DNA of 64,000 nucleotides from NCBI GenBank assembly GCA_964016885.1, contig OZ024743.1:310620001-310684000 (forward strand). Direction: 5' to 3'. Origin of the DNA: Eledone cirrhosa. Lineage: Eukaryota. How positions within the stretch are numbered: position 1 is the stretch's first letter; every line of letters starts with the position of its first letter. Below are positions 1 through 13,842 of this stretch, piece by piece. The notes below the pieces were generated by a model that was not told the origin of the DNA, did no database searches, and saw only the letters and a program-made list of their open reading frames with translations. Position numbers and translations under genes: made by a program.

Positions 1-3000
1 GCAACCGTGTCATTTTCAGATTGGTGGACGAGCAGAGTGCCCACATTGTGGAGCATTGCTTTGGAGGCACGAAAAGACGTGGGCCACAATGTGCTGTCAT
101 AAAGGAGCATTTCAACTAGAACCCTTGCGAATTCTGGATGATGAGCAGTCACCGGAGTTTAAAATACTAATTATGTGGGGTGATCAAGGAGACCGAGGTA
201 GATTACTGCGCAAATATTCGCGGCAAATTAACAATTCATTAGCTTTAGCAGCGCAGAGAGTTAGTGAACCGAATGTAGTCATTCAAGGCCGTTTGTATCA
301 TTGTATCGGTAATTTAGATGTTACCCAAGGAGTGAGGCCTCGAGTCGCTCAAATTTACGTTAACGATCCAGATTATAGTGAATCGGAGGAGGATATCAGG
401 ATCGGTTGGATGAAGTTGCCGGGAAATATAACTGAACTTGAACGGCAAAGGTTAAGTGATTTGATCCGTGATTTGCAATCCTGGCTTAGAGAGTGTAATC
501 CTTATGTTATGGATTTAATGTTGGTGATTGAACTGCAAAATGTTCAGCAGCAAACATTGGTGATTAAGGCTGACGCCGTGCCAAGGAATCATTACGAACG
601 GCGATATAATGCCCCTGAAGGATTTCGCTAAGTTGCTGTGTTGATGGACGATAAGCCTGGATCGAGAGACATCCTCCTGAATCGCAGAGATGGTGGTCTC
701 AAGACTACCAATGAGTCAAATAGCGCATACGATCCATTGCATTATGTTCTTTTATTCCCAAAAGGTGAAAATGGATGGAACATGTCTGTTCATTTAGATG
801 ATCATGATAATCAGCATCAACAGGGAGGTGGCAATAGACACAATAATTCGATTCGCGACTTTTACGCGTTCCATTTGAACGAGAGGAATCAACAGAGAAA
901 TGCGCTATTTCAAGCCAGCAGATTGTTCCAGGAATACTGTTGCATGGCGTTCGCAAAGATCGAAAATCAAAGGCTAAATTATATAGCTACACATCAGCAA
1001 CATACCAGAGCTGAATTGTATAATAATATACAGGATGCGGTAACAGCCGATGATGCCAATTACAAGCAAATTGTTCGACGCATCATTTTGCTATCGTCGT
1101 TCATCGGCGGCCCGAGATATAAGAACATTCGCTATCAGGATGCAATGGCTATTGTCAGAAAGTTTGGAAAGCCAGATTTGTTTATAACGGTTACATGCAA
1201 TTCTGAATGGACTGATATTAAGGATGCACTTTTGTCAGGACAACAGCCAGAGACCGTCCTGATATTGTGGCAAGAGTATTCAAAGGATATCTGAAAAAGA
1301 TAATGGATGATGAAGAAAGAGAGGGAATCTTTGGAGGTATAGTTGCTTTTACATACGTAATTGAATTCCAAAAAAGAGGATTGCCACATGCACTTTGCTG
1401 ATCATTTTACATAGAGATTGCAAATTGAGATGTGCTGAGGATGTTGACAGCATTGTGAGTGCTGGACAGCCGGAGAATGAGGCACTACGCAAATTGGTGG
1501 CAAAGTCAATGGTGCACAACCAATGCGGAGTGAAAAATCGGAAAGCGCCTTGCATGAAAAATGGCCAATGCAGTAAGCACTTTCTGAAATCTTTTGTCAC
1601 GAACACTTCCTGGAACGATGGGGATGCTCATCCCTCATACAGAAGACGGTCGCCTGCCGATGGCGGTTTGGTCGAAAATGTAAACGGTCGACAGGTTACA
1701 AATCAGTGGGTTGTGCCATACATTCCATATTTGATTATGAAATATCGTTGTCATATTAATGTGGAAATTTGTAGCTCAGTGAAAGCTTGCAAATATCTAT
1801 TCAAATATATTTACAAAGGTCATGATCGGGCAATGATCAATGCCAGGAATGAGGAAGCGAACCAAGGAGATGAAGTTGGCAGGTTCCAGGATGTTCGCTC
1901 GATTGGATCTAGCGAAGCTTGCTGGAGATTGTTCGATTTTGATCTCAATGAACGCAAACCCAGCGTTCAGAAACTGACGGTTCACTTAGAGTATAGGCAA
2001 ATGGTCTGTTTTCAGGACACTAGAAGAGGTGTCAAAATAATTGCTAACGCACCACCTCCTAAGACGGAATTGACTGAGTGGTTCAAGCATAATAGAGAAC
2101 ATGCTTTGAACCCGGATCAAAGGCAACTCTACTGCAATTTCCCTTCGCACTATACGTGGGATAAGAAGAGAAAGAAATGGAATGATAGAAAACAAAAGTT
2201 GAGATTCATGACTATTGGACGGGTTTGTAATGTCCATCCAGCATCTGGTGATGTGTTTTATCTCCTAATTCTGTTGCATAATGATTTTTCGAGAGGTAAA
2301 CAGAGCTTCGCTGATTTGAAAACAATGAATGGCGTGGAATATGAAACATACCAGGCTGTGTGTCTACATCTGGGACTCCTTCAGGATGACGCTAAATGAA
2401 ATAACGCCATGGAAGCTGCAGGAACAACACAAATGCCAGCTCAAACAAGGCAGTTGTTTGTCACAATTCTAGGATTCTGCAATCCTGCCGAACCTAGAGA
2501 GTTATTTGAACGCCATTGGGGAATTATGGCTGATGATTTTAGGCATCATCTTCAGGTCGATGATGAAAATTTGATGAAGGCTATTGTTTTGCTCAATATT
2601 GAGCAACTGCTTGAAGTTCATTTCAAATGTTTAAGAGATTTCAATTTGCCAATTCCTGATGTAGAAATGCAGCAGCGTGTCTTAGCATTGAACATGAGAT
2701 TGCAGCTTAGACGGTTGCCACTCGATCGGAGGGAACTATTCCAGTTTGATCCACTGGAACAGCTTCGTATTGTGGATGAACGTATGGCAATGTTGACCCA
2801 ATCTCAGAGAGAATTGGTCGATGGCGTTCTCCATTTGATTTCCACTAATGAGCAACTTTGTGCTTTCATAGATGCTCCAGGAGGCACCGGAAAGACATTC
2901 TGTTTCAACACTGTTATCGGCAGTCAGAGCTCAGAGGAATATTGCTCCCCCTGTGGCCACCAGTGGGATCGCTGCCACTTTGCTGAGTGGTGGAAGGACC

Positions 3001-4140
3001 TTCCACTCAGGCTCCATTGGCTCCGGAGGAGTTGAGTGTCTGTAACATTACAGGACAAAGTGAACTCGCGGGCTTTATACGCAATACGTCTCTGATTATT
3101 TGGGACGAGGCTCCAATGGCACACAGATATTTGCTGGAGGCATTGGACAGAACTTTGAGAGATATCTGCGGTGGTGACCTACCATTCGGTTGTAAGACTA
3201 TCGTTCTTGGTGGCGATTTCAGACAGGTGCTACCAATTGTTAGGAATGCTCAAAGAGCGCAAATTGTCGATGCATGTCTGAAAAACTCCCCGTTGTGGCG
3301 CCATTTCAGAGTTTTGCGATTACACGATAATATGCGACTTCGTATGTTCGGGCAAAACGAAGAGGCAGAGACATACGGCCGATGGTTGATGCAGTTGGGA
3401 AACGATGAATTGCCATACGTTGGTGATAATCAGACTGTAAGAATCCCAGATCATTTAGTCATGCCACTGGACCGCCAAGCATTGATTGACTGGGTGTTCC
3501 CTAATTTGAATGCTTTTTGGCAGAATATCTCCTGGATATCGGAACGCGTTATTCTAACTCATACGAATGCAACGGTCGATGAAATAAATTCACAAGTAGC
3601 CGGAATGTTTCCTGGAGAGGAATGGTTGACCGTCAGTGCGGATGCAATGGAGCCTAATCAGCAGAACAATATGGATTTTCCGACTGAGTATCTGAATTCA
3701 CTTCAAATGCCCGGATTTCCCCCGCATATTTTGAGGTTGAAAAAGTGTATGCCGATTATATTGCTTAGAAATTTCAATCATAAAATGGGTCTTTGCAATG
3801 GTACCAGATTGATTGTTGAGAGATTGATTAACGGAAGAGTTTTAGAAGCTAAACTTCCAGGCAGAGAGGAATCGGTTCTCATTCCAAGGATTATGCTGAG
3901 ACCAAGTGAAGATCTGCGGTCATTCATTTGGCAAAGGACACGGTTTCCGTCAATTTGGCCTTCTCCATGACTGTCAACAAGGCACAGGGACAGACTTTCA
4001 AGCGAGTCGGTGTCTACTTGAATGATCCAGCATTCAGCCATGGGAAACTGTATGTTGCTACATCTCGAGTGTACGATCCTGATGGTATAAAATTTCAAAT
4101 TGATACCACTAACATAGGAACAACCCTGAATATTGTCTAG
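1..4140 (+). pseudogene. Helitron RepHel (HUH Rep + Pif1 helicase), fragmented by stops/frameshifts; 5' part outside window
   Basis: Consecutive ORFs 56-4140 carry Rep motifs DLFITVTCN, EFQKRGLPHA (~1363-1392) and KYLFKYIYKG. Pif1 motifs follow: [57 protein letters not shown]. Confidence 0.95.
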
Positions 4141-4301
4141 AATGAAGCTTTAAGCTGATGTATGCATATCTTTAATGCTATCAATAAGCGACGTAAATGA
4201 TTCGGACATTGGTGTCCTTTGATCAGTATTGTGAGCTTTGACAGAGTTATCATTTATGTTCAATGTCATTTATTGTCGATAATCATTATCTATAAAAGGC
4301 A

Positions 4302-4478
4302 TTGGCAGTATCGGTAGAGAGTTGGACACCATGCTTTGCAGCATAGAGTTACAGTCCTTTATCGTCTGAGTTCAAATCCCACCGAGGTAAACTTTGCCTT
4401 TCATCCTTACGGGGTCGATAAAATAAAGTACCAGTAACGCACTGGGTAATTACTGGCCTTGTGCCAAAAGTAGAAACA
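4302..4478 (+). mobile_element. tRNA-derived SINE with 17-bp target site duplication
   Basis: A/B-box-like TGGCAGTATCGG and GAGTTCAAATCCC. ATTATCTATAAAAGGCA is duplicated at 4285-4301 and 4479-4495. Many homologous copies occur in the window. Confidence 0.9.
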
Positions 4479-4482
4479 ATTA

Positions 4483-5668
4483 TCTATAAAAGGCAGATTG
4501 TTGTTGTGTGTGTGTGCATGTTCCATCTTTATACATATGTACAATCTCAACCCATTCGACTCAACGTCTGAACGAATGTTGTAAATGGTCTAACTTAGGT
4601 CAACGACTCTTTATTTCATTCAAACTCACCCACAATTATGGAAATAATCGATAAAACTAAATACATGACTCTTTACCCCTCTAATATAATCTGAAGACCT
4701 CTCTCTACCCTCCTTAAAATTCACTAAAACTACATACCTGCTTACAAACTTCCTTTAGGAACGCCGAAGAGAGAGAGAGGGGGGGGGAGAAATGGAACGT
4801 TTGTTTTTTAGTGTGGAACGGTCAAACATTTATTTACTTCAATGACAAAGAGAACTTATTACATTTCATACGAAACAACAATTATTCAAAAGCAACTGAT
4901 AAATTTATTCAACAACAAAAAAAAATAGCGATAAATCTTTTTTAAAACCTCTCAACGAACGTGGAAGAAAGAAGTATCAGTTTATTTACTATAAAAAATA
5001 ATATACTCTATGAGGTCACTAAACCTGCTAGAAACAGCAGCTAACTCTCCCCCCTATCACACCATTCCCTACTGTCTTAAATTTAGAAAACACATATCCT
5101 CTATGAGGTCACTAAACCTGCTAGAAACAGCAGCTAACTCTCCTCCATATCACACCCCTCCCTACTGTCTTAAATTTAGAAAACACATATGCTCTATGAG
5201 GTCACTAAACCTGCTAGAAACAGCAGCTAACTCTCCCCCACATCACATCCCTCCCTACTGTCTTAAATTTAGAAAACACATATCCTCTATGAGGTCACTA
5301 AACCTGCTAGAAACAGCAGCTAATTCTTCCCCCATATCACACCCCTCCCTACTGTCTTAAATTTAGAAAACACATTAGACAACCATGCAGAACAACTCTA
5401 TCGCAGCTCTGTTGTTCGGCTGGCATCGTCTACGCGCGTGTTGCGCAAGTACTGTGAAACGATAACTTCCAACACTTCTTTGCACAGAGATAATATCCAT
5501 AGGCGAAACTACAATTGTTACTGCTGGCGCAGCTTCTGCTTCGGCAGTCCAGGTCTGCAATTCCTTCACCCAGTGCCTGGCAGACAAAAAAGTGCTGCCA
5601 TAAAATGGGTGGTGCAACCTAACTTTGGTAACTTACTGACCCCGAGCAAAGCCGGGCTTTAATGTTAG
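4483..5668 (+). mobile_element. Non-autonomous Helitron
   Basis: A|TCTATAAAAGGCAG 5' end; 3' hairpin CCCGAGCAAAGCCGGG (5641-5656) followed by TTAG|T (variant of CTAG). Confidence 0.65.
5006..5375 (+). repeat. Tandem repeat, 4 x 93 bp
   Basis: Unit CTCTATGAGGTCACTAAACCTGCTAGAAACAGCAGC...TTAGAAAACACAT repeated four times; seen as a 31-aa period in ORF 5010-5360. Confidence 0.95.
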
Positions 5669-6097
5669 TGAGCAAAAAAAACCAACAAGTATTGGTAGAA
5701 ATTGCCTTCAAATTTATCGCATCTGATTGCAGTGGTAATAAAACCTCATCATATGCTGAGTCTGGCAAAAGGTTTGGTGCCTATGGCCGGCCAGGGCTAG
5801 AGTAATATTGAAAAACGATTCTATTTTCGAAGTAGAAGGATCCGCCATTTGGAGTTCAAACCAAACCACCTCCCCGAGTTGAACTCTGGGCAATATTGAC
5901 TGTCTATTACTCAGTGGGCAAGAGCCTGGAAATTACTGAATAAACTTTTGTGTCATATAATTTGTTGTTTTATTATTATAGCTGACAACTTATAGATAAG
6001 CATGTTATCCATATCCATATTAATTTGGCATTTGCATAAACCATTTCAAGTAAATAGGGACCTTTTTTACATTGACGGACATCTTTTATATTAATTA

Positions 6098-6456
6098 TCT
6101 ATATCTATATCTACATATAATATAAAAGATTGGAACTTCCATCATCCTTTTGAGAAACGTGGAACAACCACGTCTATGCAAAGATACACGTTTTACAGTC
6201 AGGCAGAAGATGAACCACCTCCTAGAGGTCACTATTCTAGGTGGGAGCACCTAGAATTGTTCATATACTATGCACAAACCGTACAACGAAGAATCTGGTA
6301 TATCTGGAAGATTTTTTTTACTGTTTTTTGTATCACACAGACAACACGGACTCGCCTCATACTGTAACCAGACAAACATCCAATACAGTCATTTTCTCTT
6401 TTACCTGTCTTCTCTTATCAACTGTTTACCCGGGCGAAGCTGGGTACGTCAGCTAG
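6098..6456 (+). mobile_element. Short non-autonomous Helitron
   Basis: 5' A|TCTATA (reiterated three times); 3' hairpin CCCGGGCGAAGCTGGG (6429-6444) then CTAG|T. Confidence 0.8.
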
Positions 6457-7059
6457 TATAAATTATAAATGAATAAAAACAAACATAAAATGATCAAAAA
6501 TATAAAATAAGAATAAAAATAAAAATAAAAATAAGAATAATAAAAATGAAATAAAAACAAGCATGCACACTTACGGACGTAAAGACAAAAAAAACAAAAA
6601 CAAAAGGCGAAGAACCAAAAATCTAAAACTAAAACACAAAAACACACTCATAGAAAAGCATGATATACATATACATAAAAAGTTAGGGCTAAACACACAC
6701 AGTATACACACATACATACATGCATATATGACGACGTACACAAATATACATATACACAAATACAGACATGAACATTTGAAAGCGTGCGCAAGGGTAAGGT
6801 GTGTGTGATATAGCGAGACACAATGTCAGACAGGGTATAGATACATATATAATAATAAAATGAAGAATAAAAATATATATGAAAAATGAAAAAATTAGAA
6901 CAGTAAAAATAGTAAGTAAGGGGGTGTTATAAAGTAAATCAATAAAGATAAAATGAATATATAAATTTATATTTATATCTCTACGTATACGTGTGTATGC
7001 ATGTTTTTACGCATAACTCCGATAAACGCGGTACATTGAGAAAGAGAAGGAAGTAGAAT

Positions 7060-7157
7060 GTGCAGAGTAGAAAAGAGAGAGGGACAGAAAAATAAAGAGA
7101 GAATATGTCTATAGGAGGGAAACAGCGCAGAAAGAAAGAGACTAAAAAGGAAGCGGA

Positions 7158-7197
<40 letters not shown>

Positions 7198-7363
7198 GTG
7201 TGTGGGAGAAGGGACTCGCAAAAAGAGAGAGAAGGGTGTGTGGGAGAAGGGACTCGCAAAAAGAGAGAGAAAGAAGAGGCTGTGTGAGAGGGGAAAGAAA
7301 GAGAGAGAATGTCTGTAGGAGGAAAACAGCGACAGAAAGAAAGAGACAAAAAAATAAGCGGAA

Positions 7364-7425
<62 letters not shown>

Positions 7426-7480
7426 CTGTGTGAGAAAAGGGACTGGCAAAAAGAGAAAAAAATAAGAGTCTGTGTGAGAG
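7060..7480. repeat. (GA)n-rich low-complexity region with internal duplications
   Basis: Long AG runs and a duplicated GGGTGTGTGGGAGAAGGGACTCGCAAAAAGAGAG motif. Confidence 0.85.
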
Positions 7481-7679
7481 GGGCAAAATCAATTTTTTAC
7501 ATTCACATGACCTCGACCGACCAATCAAAATTGTTTTGACCACAATAATTTTTGCAACACGAATTGGCGCAAAACCTATTTTAATACCGCTGGAGCCACT
7601 TTTTTAACATAAAAACAGGTAGAATTCCCAAAACTAATCAGATCAGAGCAAACATCACGGACGCTCTATATCAAAATTA

Positions 7680-7958
<279 letters not shown>

Positions 7959-8580
7959 GAAAGGTATAGAAAATATTGTAGCAAATATCGTCCTTTTTCT
8001 AATTCTAATGGGACTTTAGCATTCAAAATCATCATTAGAAGTCCTATAAACAGCAACCAGCTAAATTTCTTTGATTTGATTTGTTTCAGATTTATTTAAT
8101 TACAGATTTTTGATGAGATCGAGTCCCGTTCTGTCTGTGTGTGTAAAGTATTATGACTTGCGCATTATTCACCCGATCTCTTAAAATTTTACACATTGCT
8201 AAAGGAGGATGTGAGATGTTTTTATAAAAGAAACAACCACTTTAGATGACGCTGTATATTGTGTATTACGATACTCTTTTATTAATTAACACTGATGAAC
8301 TGTAATACTTCTAGAACCTACAAGGTAGACAAGTATTTTACTGAGTAATTTGATTGCCGATGTCACGGAATATAGTTGCTGTAAGCGACAATTCCTTAAC
8401 GACATATACATAACATTTACAGCGTGTTGTTTCACAATTTCTTCTCGCTGATCAGTCAGTTTGTAATGATATTTTCTTTATAGCTCATTGAACATTTGCA
8501 GTGGGTTCTGTAGTATATCAGTCTCTGGTTGACAGTTAATGATTTGTTTCAGATTTATTCAATTACAGGTTTTCCATAGA

Positions 8581-10905
8581 ATGCCTGGAAAAGGCAAGAG
8601 GCACATTGGAAGAAAAACAAGAAATGCTTTTGCTTTGCGTTCTTTGCGCGCAAGCGAGACAGAAGAACAATGTATGCTACGGTGTGCTCGCAATGATGCT
8701 TCTACTTCGATCGCTAGAGCATTAAAGACAACTGAACAAGCAGAACTCCGGCTCGCTCGCAATGCTACTTCTACTTCGAAGGTCAGAGCATTACAGACTG
8801 CTGAACAAGCAGAACGCCAGCTTGCTTCTGATGCTGCTTCTACTTCAAATAGCCGTGCTTTAGAGACTGTTGACCAAACGGCTACAAGGCTTGCAGCTGA
8901 TTCTCAACGGAAAATGCGTTCTCATGTCTTTCCGAGGGTTTCTTCCTGTTACTGGTCTAAGAAGGCTTTTTATTACAGCCTCCACGAGTACTACGCATCC
9001 CACCCACATATCATCATTTGCTGTTTGCGTCCATTGTAACGCAATGAGGTGGCCAACAGAATCTACCGGTATATACTGCTCCAATGGAACAGTTAGATTG
9101 CCTCATTTACAAGTCGGTACCGAACCTTTGAATTCTCTGCTGCTTGGAGACACACTGATTCTAAACACTTTCTTAGAAATATAAAAGCCTACAATTCGGC
9201 TTTCCAAATGACAATCTTTGGTCATACACCAATAAAACATGGAAATTATATGCCCACATTCAAAGTGCAAGACCAAATCTACCTTCAAATTGGCTCCCTT
9301 ATTCCACAAAATGGCGATGAACACAGTTTTCTCCAGATTTAATTTATGGGGAACGGACCTGAAGAAACGCCACGAAGAGCTTCAGTTACTAAAGGAACAA
9401 TACCTTTTCTTCTGCAGCCCCCTCAATATATGCTTCATACCATAAACCCCTACGTCACCATTTTCAAAACTGCTTTTCAGCGTAGAGATGCTAACACCAA
9501 TCAATTCAAGGTTGTCATTCGAGGTGACCGCGCTCCACTAGGGCAGCGTCAGGGTTGCTTTAACAGACCCCAAACCGAGGAAGTTGCGGTGCTTATAACA
9601 AGTCCTAATAGGAGTGCTTCAAACAGTGATATTGTTCTTGAATGGCAGGACTCGCGTCTTCAAAAAATAAATTAACTTTATCCTACATATGATGCCCTAC
9701 AATATCCATTACTGTTCCCCTTTGGCGACGATGGCTACCGCATTGACTTGCCAAAGTGTAATCCTGTAACTTTGATGCATCTTCAACCACAGAAAACCAT
9801 TTCACAAATGGAATTTTATGCATTTAGGCTTATGGTTCACAAAAACGACATCAACATTCTGCATAGAACACAGATGCTCCTCAATCAATACTGTGTAGAC
9901 GCATTTGCTAAGGTAAATATTTCTTATTGTATGATTTCGTTCAGAAAATTTCCTTCAGAAAAGTTCACACAATATTTACCACAACAATTTCATCCTTTTC
10001 CAGATTGACAGTGAACGCCTCCAATGGATAAGACGCCATCAAAAGGAACTGCGTTCAGAAGAATACGGCAATCTACGTGACGAAGCCAACCAAAATGATC
10101 AGGTTATTGCTTCGGATGTTGGGCTTTCTGTCATTCTCCCATCGTCATACACTGGAGGCCCCTGTTACATGCATGAACAAATGCAGGATGCTCTCACCTA
10201 TGTCCGCCATTGTGGCGGTCCTGATCTTTTCATCACCTTCACATGCAATCCAAAATTGACATCCAGTCTCACTTACTTCATGGCCAAAATCCTTCACAGT
10301 CATGATATCACATCTAGAGTGTTTCACCTAAAACTTATGAAAATGATGGATGTTATAAAATACGGACAACCTTTTGGACCAGTAAGGTGTTTCATGTACA
10401 CAGTAGAATGGCAGAAGAGAGGACTCCCACATGCCCATATTCTCTTTTGGCTTAGAAAAAAAACTAATGTCAACTGATGTTGATTCCGCTATAAGTGCTG
10501 AATTGCCAAATCCCCAAGAAGACCCTGTCCTTTTTCAAATTATAAAAGCCAACATGATCCATGGATCGTGAGGCCACCTAAATCCAAAATCTGCATGTAT
10601 GGATAATGGGAAATGTACAAAACGTTACCCACGTAAACTTATCCATGACATCAAAACTGGTGATGATAACTACCTTTTATACCGTCGCAGGGCACCGCAG
10701 GAGGGTGGACATACGGCAACTATAACAATGGTTGGTGGTCAAGATTTCAATATCGACAATTGATGGGTTGTACCACATAACAAGGTGCTTTGTAAAATGT
10801 TTTCAGCCCACATTAATGTTGAATTCTGCAACTCCATAAAATCAATCCAATACATCTGCAAGTATGTTCATAAGGGAGCCGATCGAGCAGTTATTGAGTT
10901 GACTA
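8581..10905 (+). pseudogene. Second Helitron RepHel (Rep part only), intron-containing, truncated by a PLE
   Basis: N-terminal ETEEQ..RL repeats; YDALQYPLLFP, DLFITFTCNP, EWQKRGLPHAHIL, SIQYICKYVHKG; phase-0 intron 9913-10003 (AAG|gtaaat...ttccag|ATT). Confidence 0.9.
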
Positions 10906-11905
10906 AGACCGATAACCCTGATGCCGCAATAAGTTTAACAGGTAAGTCCTCTTCAAAATGTCTTTTATGGTCTTTAAAATTCATCCGCGGTTGCCTTGGT
11001 ATGAAAGGTTCGGTCTTCCGCTCTATTCCAAGATTGGTGATAATTTTAAATGCATCATTATTAATATCCTCACTCGGGGTCTTTCTGTAATTTTTTCTCA
11101 ATTCTTTTAAAATTAAGTCATTATATTTTGTTTTTTCAATCCCATAAATGTTGTTGGTTTTGTCTGATTTCACAAATATATTATTTACTTTTTTTATGTC
11201 ATTAATTTTTTCCCTTAGACCTCTAAGGTATTCTTGGCCTCTATATGGGTTTTTTTAAATTTTATATTCCTTAATATATTAATAATTTCGTTTTCGAAAT
11301 TTGGCAAGAGTTTGTGGTAAGGAGGATCTTTCCTAGATTTAAAAATATTCTCGAGATTATGGTTGGTGTTTTTCCTATTTGTTTCATCGTTCTTTTCAAA
11401 ATGGAAAGCACGCCACCGCAGTCTTCTTGTGAAGGAGTTGGTTTGTCCAATAAGTGTTCTCATGTATTCTTCGTTAGAGGGTAAAGGTATATCTTTGAGA
11501 GATGTAGAAACCCTAAAGAATTCGATCATTTATTAATAATCTATTGCATAAGAAGCGCTCCACCTTCTGGGAGCTAAATATGACCAAAGATTAATATGGT
11601 TCATTGATTACTCAATGAATATAGTTTTACAATAGATTAAAAGCACTCTACAGGAGTTTTCTGGAGTTATTAATATTATTCAGAATCATGTTATTATTTG
11701 TGGTATATAAATGTTGAGATTTGTTGTAATAAATCACTGCCATACTGGAATTGAACTATCAAGACCGTTGAGGTATGTCATACATCAATTCATGTATTTT
11801 ATCTGACGAGGACGTACTGAAAAAAACAAAACAGTACGTTCGAAATATATATAATAAAACATATTTTGATTATGTGAATGTCTTCATTTATTAATATTCT
11901 GAATA
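10906..11905 (-). mobile_element. PLE fragment: ORF N-terminus (11529 downwards) plus inverted pLTR, abutting (TA)n
   Basis: SLKDIPLPS..Y...L.....F.RRLRWRAFHF and KSDKTNNIY motifs are shared with the PLE ORF at 16854-17660. The pLTR is homologous to 56290-56712. Confidence 0.8.
11797..11859 (+). ncRNA. Type I hammerhead ribozyme (PLE pLTR)
   Basis: TTTTAT-CTGACGA-GGACGTACTG...CAGTACGTTC-GAAA-TATATA-TA-ATAAAA: core, stems I/II and palindromic stem III present. Confidence 0.8.
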
Positions 11906-12026
11906 TATATATATATATATATTATTTAACTTAAATCGTCTCTATTGTATTCTTTTCATATAAACAAAATAAAATATCTCTTGCTTTTTTCAGTAATATT
12001 AATAATTGTATATATATATATATATA

Positions 12027-13158
12027 AGGCACTCAACGCCTGCCACCCCAACGCCGTCGCCTTTTTCTCAAGGTACGTGGACGATATCCTCTTCCTCACA
12101 TCTTCCCAAGACATGGAGAACATAATCTATGAGATGTTCAACAACACGGACGAGAACATTGACTTCAGTGTTGAACACCCCAACGACGACGGGTCACTTG
12201 CCCTCCTCGACTTCCGAATCAACATCACGGAACAGGGAGGGATCCACTGCAACTTCTACTGAAAGGCAGCCTGCAGGGACCTGTTTGTCCACTACAAGTC
12301 CGCTCTTCCTAACAGTGCCAAAAGAGGATACATCACGAACGAGATCGCGCGAATCAAAAACAGATGCAGCGATCCCGTGAATGGTGTCAATCATACCAAG
12401 CGATTCCTCGAGGTGCTGGAGACGAACGGGTACCCTACCTAGCTCACAGACAGAGTAGGAAACAACAGACACCAAGAGACAGAGAGGCACCCAAGGCAAG
12501 TGCTTCCTTAAAATACCACACCAGGGCGAGAATACCACCAACGCTATCCGCAAAGCTATACGGAGGGAGGGCCTCGACATCCACCTGGCCCACTCGGGCC
12601 CCTCTCTGCGACGATGCCTCTCCAGGAAACCCGGGAAATCAACTGACGCGTGCTCCCTCAGAGACTGCCCGATGCCCCATGCGAACTGTTGCCTACGCAC
12701 ATACGTTGTGTATAAGATAGAATGTAACAAGTGCAACCAATACTATATAGTTAGCACAATCCGGCCGTTGCACATCCCGATCAAGGAGCACATTAACACC
12801 AGGGCCTCGTCTTTCCGGAAACACATAGCCAAATGCGGAAACAAAGATGGAAGGCCCATTGTCACAATTCTAGCGACAGAAAGAAACGCCGGCACATTAC
12901 GTATCAAGGAAGCACTTTGGATCAAACGCCTAGGGCCACAATTAAACAACCGATCCGAGAGAAGAAAAATGTGGTGGTTGGTTTAAGTTAACAAACGATG
13001 TAGCAACACACGCACACACACAAGCGAGACAGCAACACACGCACACACACACACACACATACACACAGTAGCATTCCACCATACGAACATACTACACTGC
13101 CAATACAGAGGAACAAGGCAACGACGCACGCACACACACACTCAAGCGAGACAACAAC

Positions 13159-13194
<36 letters not shown>

Positions 13195-13694
13195 ATTCAC
13201 CAAAGAGGCAGAGAATACTGTGGCCTGACAGCTAGCGCCATCCCACTCCCACAATTGAAAGAACTACTTCGGCCGCTGATCTCTGCTTGACCGACCTCAT
13301 TTCACGCGCACGCGCGCTCTGCTGAATACCTCAGATATTCAAAACAACAAGCAGCGGAGGACACGTTTCGGACCTTTCCGATAGAGAATCCCCCTCCCCC
13401 CGCGTAAAAAACCCAGTTCATGGATGTGAATCCGAAATATATAGGGACAATTAAATCTCTCCCAAGGTAACTCTATCTCGTGTTGTTATTTTTATTTTTA
13501 TCTTTACGCTCTTTCCTTCATTCCTTCCACGCTACAGACGCCACGCAACTCAACGTACACCGACTTACATCTCTCTCTCCACTACCAGATCTTGTTACCC
13601 GGAGATTTACCCATCTGCATTGTCGAGGCTTCCAAACGACTTAAAGAAATTTAACATATTATTCCACAATGCTTCAAGCAAACTTCAATACTCT

Positions 13695-13698
<4 letters not shown>
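12027..13698 (+). mobile_element. 5'-truncated Penelope-like element (RT C-terminus + GIY-YIG + 3' pLTR) flanked by (TA)n
   Basis: FSRYVDDI, LALLDFRI; VVYKIECNKCNQYYIVST.RPLH..IKEH, KEALWI....PQLN. (TA)n on both sides. Confidence 0.88.
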
Positions 13699-13753
<55 letters not shown>

Positions 13754-13786
13754 AATACACAAGAATAAAAGTTATGTTTAAAACAT

Positions 13787-13842
13787 TTAATCGCAGACAA
13801 TTGTTTCTTCCAAACCTAGGCTTGGAGTCTTCGGAGCATTAA
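13787..13842 (-). ncRNA. HHR in 3' pLTR (CCGAAGA core variant)
   Basis: Minus strand: TTAATGCT-CCGAAGA-c-TCCAA...TTGGA-a-GAAA-CAATTG-TC-TGCGATTAA. Confidence 0.65.

Noticed and set aside
4302-4400. tRNA genes
   Set aside because: A/B-box-like motifs belong to SINE heads; there is no cloverleaf, and each continues into the SINE body.
5010-5360. 31-aa repeat protein
   Set aside because: By-product of the 93-bp tandem repeat; no gene context.
13385-13450. HHR in the pLTR of the PLE at 12027
   Set aside because: GGAT/ATCC-GAAA-TATA-TA-GGGA 3' half is present, but no CUGANGA core; at best a dead remnant.
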